A model generated the notes under the pieces. It worked only from the letters and a program-made list of their open reading frames with translations. It was not told the DNA's origin and did not search any database. A program made the translations under genes and the position numbers. From the NCBI GenBank assembly GCA_963625655.1, contig CAVFTS010000005.1, positions 1,025 through 65,024 on the forward strand: a stretch of DNA of 64,000 bases. The letters run 5' to 3'. The stretch is from Oscillospiraceae bacterium (GTDB lineage: Bacteria; Bacillota; Clostridia; Oscillospirales; Oscillospiraceae). This document shows, piece after piece, positions 8,673-19,203 of this stretch. How positions within the stretch are numbered: the first letter of the stretch is position 1; every line of letters begins with the position of its first letter.

Positions 8673-9968
8673 ATGATTATTAGGAACGTTGAAAACAAAG
8701 AAAACAAGACCGCCGAGGTCAAGGTCGAAATTGATTCTGCCGAGTTTGAATCTGCCGTAAACGCAGCTTACAAAAAGAATAAGAATTCCATCAGCATCCC
8801 CGGCTTCAGAAAGGGCAAGGCTCCCCGTGCCGTCATCGAAGGTATGTACGGTCCCGAAGTCTTCTATCAGGATGCCATCGACGATCTTTGCCCCCAGGCA
8901 TACGGCTATGCGGTCGATAACGCCGAGCTGAGGATCATTGGCACTCCCTCTATCACGGACGTTGATCTTGCAGAGGACAAGACCCTCTCCGTTACCTTCT
9001 CCCTTGAGCTTTATCCGCAGGTCACTCTCGGTGAATATAAGAACCTCTCCGCACCCAAGATGTCTGCCGAAGTCACCGACGACGATGTTATGAAGCAGAT
9101 CCGCAACACCGCAAAGCGCAATGCCCGTATGCTCAGCGTTGATCGTGAGGCACAGATGGGCGACACCGCCAACATCGACTTTGACGGATACCTCGACGGT
9201 GAGCGTTTCGACGGCGGCAAGGCAGAAGGCTTTGATCTTGAGCTTGGCTCCGGCTCCTTCGTTCCCGGCTTTGAGGAGCAGGTCGTCGGCATGAACATCG
9301 GTGAGGAGAAGGACATTGACATTACCTTCCCCGAAGATTATGTCGAGAATCTTGCCGGTAAAGCAGTCGTTTTCAAGGTAAAGCTCAACAGCCTTACCTG
9401 CCCGGAGCTTCCCGAGCTTGACGACGATTTCGCTCAGGATGTTTCCGAGTTCGATACCTTTGACGAGTACAAGGCCGACGTTCGCAGCAGCATGGAAAAG
9501 GCAAAGAGTGATGAGGCAGACGCCAAGTTCCGCACCGAGATTATGACTCAGGCATGCGACAATCTCGTTGTCGACGTTCCCGAAACCATGATCGACATGA
9601 AGCTCAACGAGATACTCCGCAACTATGCCGCCAACTTCGGCGTCAGCGGAGATGACGTTAAGACCGAGGATCTCATGAAGCTTATGGGTCTTGACAAGGA
9701 CACCGTCGATGCGACTCTGCGTCCCGCAGCTGTGTATCAGGTAAAGCAGGAGCTTCTGCTTGAGGCCGTTGTAGCCGCCGAGAACATTGAAGTTACCGAC
9801 GAGGACACCGACGAGTACATCAAGGGTGCGGCCGAGACCGTCAACGCAAAGCCCGAAGACATTCTGAACTACTTTGGAATGGACTTCATCAGAAACGAGT
9901 TCAAAAAGGAAAAAGCAACAAAGATAATCATTGAATCGGCAAACGTATCCGAGGGTGAAGCCGAATAA
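8673..9968 (+). CDS. tig: Trigger factor
   Basis: The 431-aa product contains GFRKGKAPR, an FKBP-type middle domain (GFEEQVVGM) and an acidic C-terminus. Confidence 0.95.
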   Translation: MIIRNVENKENKTAEVKVEIDSAEFESAVNAAYKKNKNSISIPGFRKGKAPRAVIEGMYGPEVFYQDAIDDLCPQAYGYAVDNAELRIIGTPSITDVDLAEDKTLSVTFSLELYPQVTLGEYKNLSAPKMSAEVTDDDVMKQIRNTAKRNARMLSVDREAQMGDTANIDFDGYLDGERFDGGKAEGFDLELGSGSFVPGFEEQVVGMNIGEEKDIDITFPEDYVENLAGKAVVFKVKLNSLTCPELPELDDDFAQDVSEFDTFDEYKADVRSSMEKAKSDEADAKFRTEIMTQACDNLVVDVPETMIDMKLNEILRNYAANFGVSGDDVKTEDLMKLMGLDKDTVDATLRPAAVYQVKQELLLEAVVAAENIEVTDEDTDEYIKGAAETVNAKPEDILNYFGMDFIRNEFKKEKATKIIIESANVSEGEAE

Positions 9969-10029
9969 AGCAAACCGCATTTGGATATGATCTCCTGGAT
10001 GAGCGAAATATGTAAAGGAGACTTATGTT

Positions 10030-10611
10030 ATGAGTTTGGTACCTTATGTAGTTGAACAGACAAGCAGAGGAGAGCGCTCCTACGACATTTTTTCAAGACT
10101 TCTCAACGACCGCATAATCATGCTGTCCGAGGAGGTCAACGACGCAACAGCAAGCCTCGTCGTAGCACAGCTTCTCTATCTCGAGGCGCAGGATCCCGAC
10201 AAGGACATACAGTTTTATATAAACAGCCCCGGCGGAAGCGTTACTGCGGGTATGGCAATATACGACACCATGCAGTATATAAAGCCCGATGTTTCCACCA
10301 TATGCATCGGTCTTGCGGCGTCCATGGGCGCATTCCTGCTGTCGAGCGGAGCAAAGGGCAAGCGTCTTGCACTGCCCAACTCCGAGATCATGATACATCA
10401 ACCTTCCGGCGGAAGTCAGGGTCAGTGTACCGATATTCAGATTCAGGCCGAACAGATTCTGAAGATAAAGCGCAATCTCAACCGTATTCTTGCCGACAAC
10501 ACCGGCAAGGCGATCGAGACCATTGAGCGTGACTGTGAGAGAGACCACTTCATGTCCGCACAGGAAGCCATGGAATACGGTCTTATTGACAAAGTGATTG
10601 CCAAACGCTGA
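10030..10611 (+). CDS. clpP: ATP-dependent Clp protease proteolytic subunit
   Basis: It contains [22 protein letters not shown], the catalytic Ser context GLAASMGA, and IMIHQP. Confidence 0.97.
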   Translation: MSLVPYVVEQTSRGERSYDIFSRLLNDRIIMLSEEVNDATASLVVAQLLYLEAQDPDKDIQFYINSPGGSVTAGMAIYDTMQYIKPDVSTICIGLAASMGAFLLSSGAKGKRLALPNSEIMIHQPSGGSQGQCTDIQIQAEQILKIKRNLNRILADNTGKAIETIERDCERDHFMSAQEAMEYGLIDKVIAKR

Positions 10612-10614
10612 ACG

Positions 10615-10639
10615 ATGGGGGAACAAACCGTTCCCCCAT
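10615..10639 (+). terminator. Hairpin between clpP and clpX (terminator or attenuator-like)
   Basis: A 10-bp stem ATGGGGGAAC/GTTCCCCCAT with a 5-nt loop, followed by an AT-rich tract. Confidence 0.45.
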
Positions 10640-10678
10640 ATTTGGCTTAATTATGATTTGTTTTTTTGAGGTATAAAC

Positions 10679-11923
10679 ATGGCAAGAACCGATGAAAGAA
10701 AGAGTATCCGCTGCTCCTTCTGCGGCAAAACGCAGAATCAGGTCGGCAGGCTTATTGCGGGCAACGGTGCATATATTTGCGACGAGTGTATTCAGCTTTG
10801 TATGAGCATAATCGGCGAGGATCTTGAGGCGCCGATGCACGATAACGACGGCAACAGGATTAGCTTTGAAACGCTGCCCAAGCCCGCCGAGATCAAGAAA
10901 AAGCTTGACGAATATATTGTCGGACAGGACAGGGCAAAGGTCGTCCTCTCCGTGGCGGTGTACAACCATTATAAGAGGATCCTTTACGCCGGAGATAACG
11001 ACGTAGAGCTTCAAAAGAGCAACATTCTCCTCATCGGTCCCACCGGCAGCGGCAAGACCCTGTTTGCGCAGTCGCTTGCGAAGATGCTGAATGTTCCGTT
11101 TGCGATCGCCGATGCGACGACGCTCACTGAAGCGGGCTACGTCGGCGAAGACGTGGAGAATATTCTTCTGCGTCTGCTCCAAGCCGCCGATTTCGACGTG
11201 GAGCGTGCCGAGAACGGCATAATTTACATTGACGAGATAGACAAAATCGCCCGAAAGAGCGAAAATACATCCATAACGAGAGACGTTTCCGGCGAGGGCG
11301 TGCAGCAGGCTCTGCTCAAGCTGCTTGAGGGAACTGTCGCAAACGTACCCCCGCAGGGCGGCAGAAAGCACCCGCATCAGGAGTTTATCAAGGTCGATAC
11401 AACCAACATTCTCTTTATCTGCGGCGGTGCCTTTGACGGACTGGACAAGATAATCGAAAAGCGCACCGACAAAAAGAGCATCGGCTTCGGCGCCGAGATA
11501 CGTTCTTCCGGTGAGGCCGACGTCGGCGACCTTTTAGCGCAGGCACAGCAGCACGATCTTCTCAAGTTCGGCATCATTCCGGAGCTTATCGGACGTCTGC
11601 CCGTTATCGCACCGCTCAATTCTCTCAAGAGAGAGGACCTTGTGCGCATCCTGACCGTGCCGAAAAACGCAATGACCCGTCAGTATGAGGCGCTGATGAG
11701 TTACGACGGCGTTGAGCTTGAATACGAACCCGCTGCGCTTGAAGCCATTGCAGACAAAGCGATCGAGATGAAGATCGGCGCAAGGGGACTCCGCAGCGTG
11801 ATGGAAAGCATAATGACCGACATAATGTACGGAGTTCCGTCCGAAAAGGACATTGCCAAGGTCATTGTGACGGCAGACTGTGTGAACAACAACACCAGCC
11901 CCGAAATAATTCGCAACAATTGA
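10679..11923 (+). CDS. clpX: ATP-dependent Clp protease ATP-binding subunit ClpX
   Basis: It has an N-terminal zinc ribbon (CSFCGK...CDEC), Walker A GPTGSGKT and the IYIDEIDK box. Confidence 0.97.
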   Translation: MARTDERKSIRCSFCGKTQNQVGRLIAGNGAYICDECIQLCMSIIGEDLEAPMHDNDGNRISFETLPKPAEIKKKLDEYIVGQDRAKVVLSVAVYNHYKRILYAGDNDVELQKSNILLIGPTGSGKTLFAQSLAKMLNVPFAIADATTLTEAGYVGEDVENILLRLLQAADFDVERAENGIIYIDEIDKIARKSENTSITRDVSGEGVQQALLKLLEGTVANVPPQGGRKHPHQEFIKVDTTNILFICGGAFDGLDKIIEKRTDKKSIGFGAEIRSSGEADVGDLLAQAQQHDLLKFGIIPELIGRLPVIAPLNSLKREDLVRILTVPKNAMTRQYEALMSYDGVELEYEPAALEAIADKAIEMKIGARGLRSVMESIMTDIMYGVPSEKDIAKVIVTADCVNNNTSPEIIRNN

Positions 11924-11987
11924 TACTTTGTGCAGGACGGGGTATGGTCTCGCCCTGCACGTTTTATATCTCCCAAGGAGGGACATA

Positions 11988-14387
11988 ATGATTAGCAACG
12001 ATAAATATGCGACAAGAGATCTACCCATACTTGCGCTCAGGGGAATCACCATGTTTCCCGACGTATTTATGGCATTTAATATTGAGCGCAACCAGTCCCA
12101 CGCAGCACTGAAGGCGGCGGAGAATACCGATTACGACCTTTTCTTGGTTACTCAGCGTGACGTTTCGTGTGACGCACCGACGCAGGACGATCTGTACGAA
12201 TACGGCGTTGTATGCCACATTACGTCGCTGACGAAAAATTCGACGAATAGCAGCACCGCAAGCGTCGAGGGACTTTACAGAGGCAGAATTTTGCGTATCT
12301 ACGCTGACGAGCCGTGCTTTTTCGGACGCATTGAGCCGATTCCCGATTTCCCGGTATCACGGCCGGACGAAGCGGCGACGCTTATGCGTGCCTGCCTTGA
12401 CGCTCTCAAAGCAAACGAACAGCTTGTCGAGGGCGCAAACCCGATGCAGATGTTCAACGTGATGGTTGCAAAGGAGCCCGGCATTCTTTCAAACAGAGTG
12501 GCGCAGACGCTGAATCTGTTCTACACCGACAAGCAGAATCTGCTCGAGGAGCTTGACCCCGTGATGCGTCTTGAGATGTTGATGGACTACATCCGTCAGC
12601 TTGGCTGCGTTCTTGTCTACGAGCAGGAGCTTAATGCCGCAACGAATGATCAGGTCAACAAAAGCCAGCGTGAATACTATCTGCGTGAGCAGATGAAGGT
12701 CATTCAGCATGAGCTGGGTGAGGACGGTACCGATGACGAGATCTCCGAATACAGAAGCGGAATCAAGGCCTTGAAGCTTGACGAGACCTCGGAGGAAAAG
12801 CTTTTAAAGGAAGTGTCACATCTTGCAAAGCAGCCCTTCGGCTCTGCCGAGGGCAGCGTTATCCGCAATTATCTTGACCTTTGCCTTGAACTGCCGTGGA
12901 ATGAAAAAACCGTTGAGCAGACCGATATTGCGGTGGCGAGAAAGCAACTTGACGACGACCATTTCGGGCTTGAAAAGATCAAGGAACGTATAATCGAATA
13001 CCTTGCGGTGCGGCAGCTTGCTCCCGACTCCGATGGTGCGATACTCTGCCTTGTCGGCCCTCCGGGAACCGGCAAAACGAGCATTGCCATGAGCGTTGCT
13101 AAGGCACTTAACCGCAAGCTTGTGCGCATATCGCTCGGCGGCGTTGACGACGAAGCTGAGATAAGAGGTCACCGCAAGACCTACATCGGCTCCATGCCCG
13201 GCAGAATAATTGCGGGACTCAATACCGCAAAGTCCTCAAATCCGCTCATGGTTTTGGATGAGATCGACAAGCTCAATTCGAGCCACAAAGGAGACCCCGC
13301 CTCGGCTTTGCTTGAGGTCCTTGACCCGGAGCAGAACAAGAAATTTCGGGATAACTACCTTGAGATTCCCTTTGATCTTTCAAACGTTTTCTTCATTGCA
13401 ACGGCCAACACAACCGATACCGTTCCGAGAGCGCTTCTCGACAGGATGGAGATCATTCGTCTTTCGAGCTATACGGACGAGGAAAAGCTTTGCATTGCCA
13501 AGAATTATCTTGTACCGAAGCAGCGCAAAAAGCACGGGCTCAAGTCGGCACAGCTCAAAGTCAGCGACGATGCCATAAGAGAGATCATCACGCTTTATAC
13601 CAGAGAGTCCGGTGTCAGAGAGCTTGAAAGATGCATCGCCTCCGTTTGCAGAAAAACGGTCGTACTGCTTTCCGAGGGTGCAAAAAAGAGCGTGTCATTA
13701 AGAGCGGGTTCACTGCAGCAGTACCTCGGTTCGCCCAAGTTTAAGCCCGAGCAGATTCGCCGAAACGACGAGGTCGGGCTTGTCAGAGGTCTTGCGTGGA
13801 CGGCTGCCGGCGGTGAGGTGCTTGATGTTGAGGCGGCGATCGTTCCGGGTACCGGGAAGCTTGAGCTTACCGGTAATCTCGGCGACGTTATGAAGGAGTC
13901 CTGCCATGCGGCGCTGACCTATATAAGGAGCCGCACGGCGGTCTTTGGGATCGACCCCGATTTTTATAAGAACTACGACATTCATCTTCACTTCCCGGAA
14001 GGCGCCGTTCCCAAGGACGGTCCCTCCGCCGGAATAACGGTCACCGTCGCAATGGTCTCGGCGCTCACCGGAATGCCCGTGCGCTACGATGTTGCCATGA
14101 CGGGTGAGATCAGTCTCAGAGGTCGTGTCATGCCAATCGGCGGACTGAAGGAAAAGACGATGGCGGCAATGCGCAACGGCGTTTCGACGGTCATTATCCC
14201 TGCGGGCAACGAGTCCGACCTTTACGAGATTGACCCCAGAGTAAGAGCGGCGCTCAACTTTATATGCGTTGACTCTGCGGATAATGCGCTTGAGGCGGCG
14301 CTTATTAAGCCGCAAAAGCATATGCCGGATATCGTGATACCGACGCAGGCTGCGTCAAAACGGAAGGTAAGTCATGACTTCACTTAA
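11988..14387 (+). CDS. lon: Endopeptidase La (Lon protease)
   Basis: It has the LON N-domain (LPILALRG..MFP), Walker A GPPGTGKTS and the catalytic Ser context PKDGPSAG. The start is ATG 11988 with an AAGGAGG SD. Confidence 0.95.
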   Translation: MISNDKYATRDLPILALRGITMFPDVFMAFNIERNQSHAALKAAENTDYDLFLVTQRDVSCDAPTQDDLYEYGVVCHITSLTKNSTNSSTASVEGLYRGRILRIYADEPCFFGRIEPIPDFPVSRPDEAATLMRACLDALKANEQLVEGANPMQMFNVMVAKEPGILSNRVAQTLNLFYTDKQNLLEELDPVMRLEMLMDYIRQLGCVLVYEQELNAATNDQVNKSQREYYLREQMKVIQHELGEDGTDDEISEYRSGIKALKLDETSEEKLLKEVSHLAKQPFGSAEGSVIRNYLDLCLELPWNEKTVEQTDIAVARKQLDDDHFGLEKIKERIIEYLAVRQLAPDSDGAILCLVGPPGTGKTSIAMSVAKALNRKLVRISLGGVDDEAEIRGHRKTYIGSMPGRIIAGLNTAKSSNPLMVLDEIDKLNSSHKGDPASALLEVLDPEQNKKFRDNYLEIPFDLSNVFFIATANTTDTVPRALLDRMEIIRLSSYTDEEKLCIAKNYLVPKQRKKHGLKSAQLKVSDDAIREIITLYTRESGVRELERCIASVCRKTVVLLSEGAKKSVSLRAGSLQQYLGSPKFKPEQIRRNDEVGLVRGLAWTAAGGEVLDVEAAIVPGTGKLELTGNLGDVMKESCHAALTYIRSRTAVFGIDPDFYKNYDIHLHFPEGAVPKDGPSAGITVTVAMVSALTGMPVRYDVAMTGEISLRGRVMPIGGLKEKTMAAMRNGVSTVIIPAGNESDLYEIDPRVRAALNFICVDSADNALEAALIKPQKHMPDIVIPTQAASKRKVSHDFT

Positions 14388-14964
14388 CACAAACAAAGCC
14401 GAATTTATAAAATCCGCCGCCTCCGCTTCGGATTTTATCCGGAGCGAAATTCCGGCGATAGTCTTCTCCGGCAAGTCAAACGTCGGCAAATCGTCCGTCA
14501 TAAACCGCCTCCTGTGCAGAAAGAATTTTGCGAGAGTCGGCCAGTCGCCCGGAAAAACGATACACGTCAACTACTTCCTCATCGACGAAAAGGCGTACTT
14601 TGTCGATCTGCCGGGCTACGGATATGCGAAGGTCTCCCTAAGCGAAAAAGAGCGCTGGGGCAAGCTCATGGAGAGCTTTTTCGCAGCGGAAGGGCTTATA
14701 ACTCTCGGCGTTATGATCGTCGACTCACGGCACAAGCCCACCGCCGACGACGTTACAATGGCACAGTGGTTTGCGGCGGCGGAGTGTCCTCTCGTGGTCG
14801 TTGCCAACAAGGCGGATAAGCTCAAAAAGAGCGAGATCGAATCGAACCTTTCACTCATCCGCACTACGCTGTCGCTTCCGGATGAGGTTCCCGTGGTGCT
14901 GTTTTCCGCCGAAAAGGGAACGGGGAGAGATGCTTTGATGACCGAAATTCTCAAGTATGTCTGA
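14374..14964 (+). CDS. engB: Ribosome biogenesis GTP-binding protein YihA/YsxC
   Basis: It has G1 GKSNVGKSS, DLPGYGYA and NKADK. It overlaps the lon 3' end by 14 nt. Confidence 0.92.
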   Translation: MTSLNTNKAEFIKSAASASDFIRSEIPAIVFSGKSNVGKSSVINRLLCRKNFARVGQSPGKTIHVNYFLIDEKAYFVDLPGYGYAKVSLSEKERWGKLMESFFAAEGLITLGVMIVDSRHKPTADDVTMAQWFAAAECPLVVVANKADKLKKSEIESNLSLIRTTLSLPDEVPVVLFSAEKGTGRDALMTEILKYV

Positions 14965-14972
14965 GGTTTGCC

Positions 14973-15665
14973 ATGAGTTCATTTTCTGACGTCATAAACG
15001 GGCTTGACTGGAGTGTTCCTTTGGAAATTCTCGGCTCCGTCATCCCCGCACTCATATGCATAACGCTGCATGAGCTGAGTCACGGCTACGTTGCGTACCT
15101 ACTCGGCGACCCGACCGCAAAGCGCATGGGCAGACTGACCTTGAACCCGATAAAGCACATTGACATCGTGGGTCTTGTTATGATGGCGGTGTTCAAGTTC
15201 GGCTGGGCAAAGCCCGTGCCGATCGACTACCGCAATTTTAAGCACCCGAAGCGTGATACTGCGATCACCGCAGCCGCCGGACCTGTTGCGAACGTCATTA
15301 TCGCCTGCGTCTTTATGTTCCTGTACGGGCTTCTGTTTCTGCCGCTTACGATGACGGACAACGAAGTCATATCGCAGTTTTTGCTGAACACGCTCTCTGC
15401 CACCGCTTATATAAGTGCGGCTCTTGCCGTATTTAATCTCATCCCCATTCCGCCGCTTGACGGCTCAAAGATTCTTTTTTCGTTTCTGAGCGACGAGGTC
15501 TATATGAAGCTCATGCGTATAGAGCAGTACGGAATGATAATTCTCATCCTGCTTTTTGCTACCGATCTTATGGGCAACCCCCTGCAAGCGGCGACGCAAT
15601 TTGTGATAGACAAGCTGTTTTTCTTTGTCGATTGGGGATTTGAGCTTGGAAAGGCACTGATTTAA
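14973..15665 (+). CDS. Site-2 protease family (peptidase M50) membrane protein
   Basis: It has HELSHGYVAYLLGDPTAK, a second motif NLIPIPPLDGSK, and is multi-TM. Confidence 0.85.
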   Translation: MSSFSDVINGLDWSVPLEILGSVIPALICITLHELSHGYVAYLLGDPTAKRMGRLTLNPIKHIDIVGLVMMAVFKFGWAKPVPIDYRNFKHPKRDTAITAAAGPVANVIIACVFMFLYGLLFLPLTMTDNEVISQFLLNTLSATAYISAALAVFNLIPIPPLDGSKILFSFLSDEVYMKLMRIEQYGMIILILLFATDLMGNPLQAATQFVIDKLFFFVDWGFELGKALI

Positions 15666-15671
15666 AAGCTT

Positions 15672-16454
15672 ATGGAAGATTTGACATTTCATCTTGAGGG
15701 CATCGTAAAGGAACGCAACGAGCTTCAGGATTTCAGCGGCCCGCTCAGTCTGATTCTGATGCTGCTGTCAAAAAACAAAATAGAGATACGAGACATCAAG
15801 ATTGCCGAAATTCTCGACCAGTACCTCGAATACCTTGACGAGATGGAGAAAATGGATCTGGAGATCGCCAGTGAATTTGTTCAGATGGCATCACATCTCC
15901 TGTACATCAAGACAAGGACCCTGCTTGCGGGCGAGGAGGAGGTCAGTGAGCTCGAGGAGCTTATGTCTTCGCTTGAACAGCTCAAATGCAGGGATGTTTT
16001 TGCGGCCTTACAAAAGGTGACGCCGGAGCTTAAAAAGGCGTCGGAGACCGGACTTTTATACTATGCAAAGCGCCCTGAGCCTTTGCCGAAGCGCAAGGAA
16101 GCGTATGAATATCGTCACGAACCGGCAGAGCTTCTCAAGTCACTTTACACGGTCATAAGCCGAGGCGGAAAGCCTGTTGAGCCGGAATACGCCCGCAAGC
16201 TTGCTCCCTCAAGGATTGTTTATGAGGTGCGTGCCAAGAGCCGTGAGCTTATACGGCTTCTGCAGAACGGTGATATGCGCTTAAACGAGCTGTACCTCGG
16301 CTGCGAGAGCCGTTCGGAGCTTGTTGCGACTTTTATTTCCGTTTTGGAGCTGTGCAGCATGGGCAGCGTCGAGCTGAGTGGCGAGGACGGAGATTACACG
16401 CTGAGCTTTGTCGGCGGTAATATCGATGAAATCCTTGAAAAAATCGTAGAGTAG
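15672..16454 (+). CDS. scpA: Segregation and condensation protein A
   Basis: It has FSGPLSLILMLLSKNKIEIRDIKIAEI and the LEYL pattern typical of ScpA, and it lies directly upstream of scpB. Confidence 0.9.
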   Translation: MEDLTFHLEGIVKERNELQDFSGPLSLILMLLSKNKIEIRDIKIAEILDQYLEYLDEMEKMDLEIASEFVQMASHLLYIKTRTLLAGEEEVSELEELMSSLEQLKCRDVFAALQKVTPELKKASETGLLYYAKRPEPLPKRKEAYEYRHEPAELLKSLYTVISRGGKPVEPEYARKLAPSRIVYEVRAKSRELIRLLQNGDMRLNELYLGCESRSELVATFISVLELCSMGSVELSGEDGDYTLSFVGGNIDEILEKIVE

Positions 16455-16461
16455 GTATAAC

Positions 16462-17061
16462 ATGGAAGATATGAATATAAAGTCCGCACTTGAGGCAATA
16501 CTTTTTGCGGCGGGGGAACCCGTTCCGGCGGCGAGAATATCGCTCATTCTCGAACAGGACGAGGAGACCGTGTGGGATGCCGCACGGGAGCTGTCCGAGC
16601 AATACGAGAAAGAGTGCAGGGGAATAAGGCTCTTAAAGCTTGATAAGGCTCTGCAGATGTGTTCCGCTCCCGAATACGCTGCCGTTATCGGCAAAACGCT
16701 TGAGCAGCGCAAGCCGCCCATGCTCTCCCAGCCCGCACTCGAAACGCTTGCGGTCGTTGCGTATTTTCAGCCGGTCACGAGGGCGTACATTGATCAGGTG
16801 CGAGGCGTTGACAGCTCGTACACGGTCGGCGTTTTGATCGACAGGGGACTTATCGAGCGCTGCGGCAAGCTTGACGTGCCGGGCAGACCCTCGCTTCTCC
16901 GAACGACCGACGTATTTCTGCGCACGATGGGTATAAGCGAGCTTTCGCAGCTTCCGACCTTGCCGGACATCGCTACGGGTGATGCCGCAAAGAAGCTTGA
17001 GGACGCCATCGAAAAGCTCAACATCGTCGGCGACAGTCAAATGAGCATTGAGGAGATATAG
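16462..17061 (+). CDS. scpB: Segregation and condensation protein B
   Basis: It has ALEAILFAAGEPV, LETLAVVAYFQPVTRAYIDQVRGVDS and GRP. Confidence 0.92.
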   Translation: MEDMNIKSALEAILFAAGEPVPAARISLILEQDEETVWDAARELSEQYEKECRGIRLLKLDKALQMCSAPEYAAVIGKTLEQRKPPMLSQPALETLAVVAYFQPVTRAYIDQVRGVDSSYTVGVLIDRGLIERCGKLDVPGRPSLLRTTDVFLRTMGISELSQLPTLPDIATGDAAKKLEDAIEKLNIVGDSQMSIEEI

Positions 17062-17085
17062 CTCTCCTCACGGGAGGTTTGAAAT

Positions 17086-17733
17086 TTGACCGCACTCATC
17101 ATAGCGGCATCTGTTATTGCCGTAATAACGGTCTTACTGCTGCTTCCAATCACCATCTGCTTTACGGCAAAGGACGGTAATTTTTGTTCCGAGGTGACGT
17201 TTGCGGGCATAATACGCCTGTACCCGAAACGGCAAAAGCAATCGGCGCCGCAGAAAAAAACGCAGAAGCCGGGGACGCAGCAGTCAAATGTAAACGCTTT
17301 TTTTGAAACGGCGCAGAGGCTCGGCTTTTCGTTTTCGGAGTGGATGGATGTCGCAAAGACGGCGATAAAGGCGCTCGGAAGACTTGCACGAAAGCTCAAA
17401 GCGCCGACCCTTAAGTTTCGGTGCCTCATATCCGCAGCCGATCCGTATGAGAGCGTCATGCGTTACAATTACGCAAGTACCGCACTGTATACGCTTATGC
17501 CGTTTGCAAAACGGCACCTCGGCATAAAGGACAGCGACGTTTCCGTCGGTACCGACTTTGACTCCGATAAAACGACGATTGAGCTTTATGCAAAGCTGTA
17601 TTTAAGGATAGGGACATTGCTGCTTGCGCCGATAGACGTGCTTTCGACGTTTGTGCGAATATATCTGAGACATAAAATTGACCGAATAAAGGAAAGGAAG
17701 GCACTCAAATGGAAAACAAACTCAGTGAGCTGA
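17086..17733 (+). CDS. DUF2953 domain protein (YtfI-like, sporulation-associated)
   Basis: It has an N-terminal TM segment followed by a repetitive beta-like body. It sits immediately upstream of, and overlaps, a YtfJ/GerW gene, as ytfI-ytfJ do in Bacillus. The start is TTG with a GGGAGG SD. Confidence 0.6.
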   Translation: MTALIIAASVIAVITVLLLLPITICFTAKDGNFCSEVTFAGIIRLYPKRQKQSAPQKKTQKPGTQQSNVNAFFETAQRLGFSFSEWMDVAKTAIKALGRLARKLKAPTLKFRCLISAADPYESVMRYNYASTALYTLMPFAKRHLGIKDSDVSVGTDFDSDKTTIELYAKLYLRIGTLLLAPIDVLSTFVRIYLRHKIDRIKERKALKWKTNSVS

Positions 17734-18074
17734 TGCAGTCCACCATGAGCAATATAAAGAGCATGGTCGAGGTCAACAACATAGTCGGGGAACCCATCGT
17801 CACTCCCGACGGCATTACCCTCGTCCCGGTCTCCAAGCTCAGCTTCGGCTTCGGCGGAGGCGGCGGTGACCTTACAGGCAAGACCCCCGCGGGCTTCGGC
17901 GGAGGCAGCGCAGCCGGCGTCAAGATCGAGCCGATGGGCTTTCTCGTGGTGAAGGACAACAGCGTCCGCATGATAAACGTCCTGCCTCCCGCACAGAACA
18001 CGGTCGACAGGATCCTTGACCTTGCACCGCAGGTGATGGACAAGGTCGATCAGTATATAAGCAAAAAGGAATAA
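17709..18074 (+). CDS. ytfJ: GerW/YtfJ family sporulation protein
   Basis: It has NIVGEPIVTPDGITLVPVSKLSFGFGGGGGD and a Gly-rich loop followed by PMGFLVV. Confidence 0.85.
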   Translation: MENKLSELMQSTMSNIKSMVEVNNIVGEPIVTPDGITLVPVSKLSFGFGGGGGDLTGKTPAGFGGGSAAGVKIEPMGFLVVKDNSVRMINVLPPAQNTVDRILDLAPQVMDKVDQYISKKE

Positions 18075-18132
18075 TTTAGTACGCCGCAGGCAATAATAAG
18101 CACTACCTTATATTTAAAAGGCGGTGCTTATT

Positions 18133-19194
18133 ATGCGTAAAGCGACAGCGGCTTTTGCCGTAATAACGATACTTTTATCGACACTAACGCCAAGCGCTTT
18201 TGCCGTGCGTGACGATATTTCCTCTCGCAGCACCATAGTCATGTGCGCCGACACCGGAGACGTGCTGTATGAGGACAATGCGGACGAGAAAATGCTGATA
18301 GCAAGCCTCACCAAAATAATGACAGCAATACTCGTCATCGAAAATTGCGACCTTGAGGAGCTTGTCATTATAAACCCCGACTGGTGCTATATCGAAGGTT
18401 CTTCGATGTATCTTGCTGCGGGGAAAATGTACACGGTGCATGACATTCTTATGGGTATGATGCTAACCTCCGGCAACGATGCGGCGACGGCACTTGCCTG
18501 TCACTGTTCGGGAAGCGTCGAGGATTTTGCAAAGCTGATGAACGAAAAGGCGGCGGAACTCGGAATGCTTAGCAGCTCCTTTAAAAATCCGCACGGACTT
18601 GATGCCGAGGAGCATTACTCGACGGCACGGGATCTTGCGATGCTTACCCGCTACTGCATGAAAAACGAGGAGTTTTGCAAGATCGTCTCTACGAAATCGT
18701 ACACCGTCGGCGAGCTGAGCTATGTAAATCACAACCGCCTGCTTTGGGAGTGCGAAGGCTGCATAGGAGTAAAAACGGGCTATACCATGGCGTCCGGGCG
18801 TACGCTTGTGAGCTGTACCGAGCGCAACGGTATGCGACTCATATGCGTGACATTAGGCGCACCCGACGACTGGAACGACCATATGAAGCTTTACGACGAG
18901 GCGTTTGCAAAATATAGCATCACAGTCTACGATTCCGACAGCTTCTATGTCAATATTCCGGCGGTACTGCCGACCTTTGGAGACATTAAGGCCGTTCCGC
19001 AGGAAAAGATATCCGTCCTGACCGACGGCGACGACGTCGTAAATATAAGGCTTGAGCTTCCGAGGCTGGTGTTTGCGCCGATTCTGAACGGTGGCTATGC
19101 CGGCAAGCTCACGGTGTTTATAAACGGTACCTTGGCAGCCGAGACCGATATGGTATATGCCGCGCCGGAGGCAAAGAGCGGTACCGATAAATAG
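18133..19194 (+). CDS. dacB: D-alanyl-D-alanine carboxypeptidase (serine-type, S11)
   Basis: It has a signal peptide, the SxxK motif (ASLTKIM), SGN (TSGND) and KTG (VKTGYT). Confidence 0.88.
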   Translation: MRKATAAFAVITILLSTLTPSAFAVRDDISSRSTIVMCADTGDVLYEDNADEKMLIASLTKIMTAILVIENCDLEELVIINPDWCYIEGSSMYLAAGKMYTVHDILMGMMLTSGNDAATALACHCSGSVEDFAKLMNEKAAELGMLSSSFKNPHGLDAEEHYSTARDLAMLTRYCMKNEEFCKIVSTKSYTVGELSYVNHNRLLWECEGCIGVKTGYTMASGRTLVSCTERNGMRLICVTLGAPDDWNDHMKLYDEAFAKYSITVYDSDSFYVNIPAVLPTFGDIKAVPQEKISVLTDGDDVVNIRLELPRLVFAPILNGGYAGKLTVFINGTLAAETDMVYAAPEAKSGTDK

Positions 19195-19203
19195 GTATAA
19201 ATA

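Noticed and set aside
8655-9980. A 441-aa minus-strand ORF lies opposite tig. Similar long antisense ORFs occur at 23590-24825, 25041-26054, 27190-28245, 29064-30287, 34922-35707, 36874-37995, 45965-46843 and 56717-57559.
   Set aside because: Each lies entirely antisense to a confidently identified conserved gene. Their composition is low-complexity or atypical (rich in G, V, L, R). None has a recognisable motif or SD. They are the usual shadow ORFs produced by strong codon bias on the opposite strand.
18098-18140. A hairpin (ATAAGCAC...GTGCTTAT) overlaps the dacB start region and might be a regulatory structure.
   Set aside because: The stem is only 8 bp with a ~20-nt AT-rich loop. It is marginally stable and could be coincidental.
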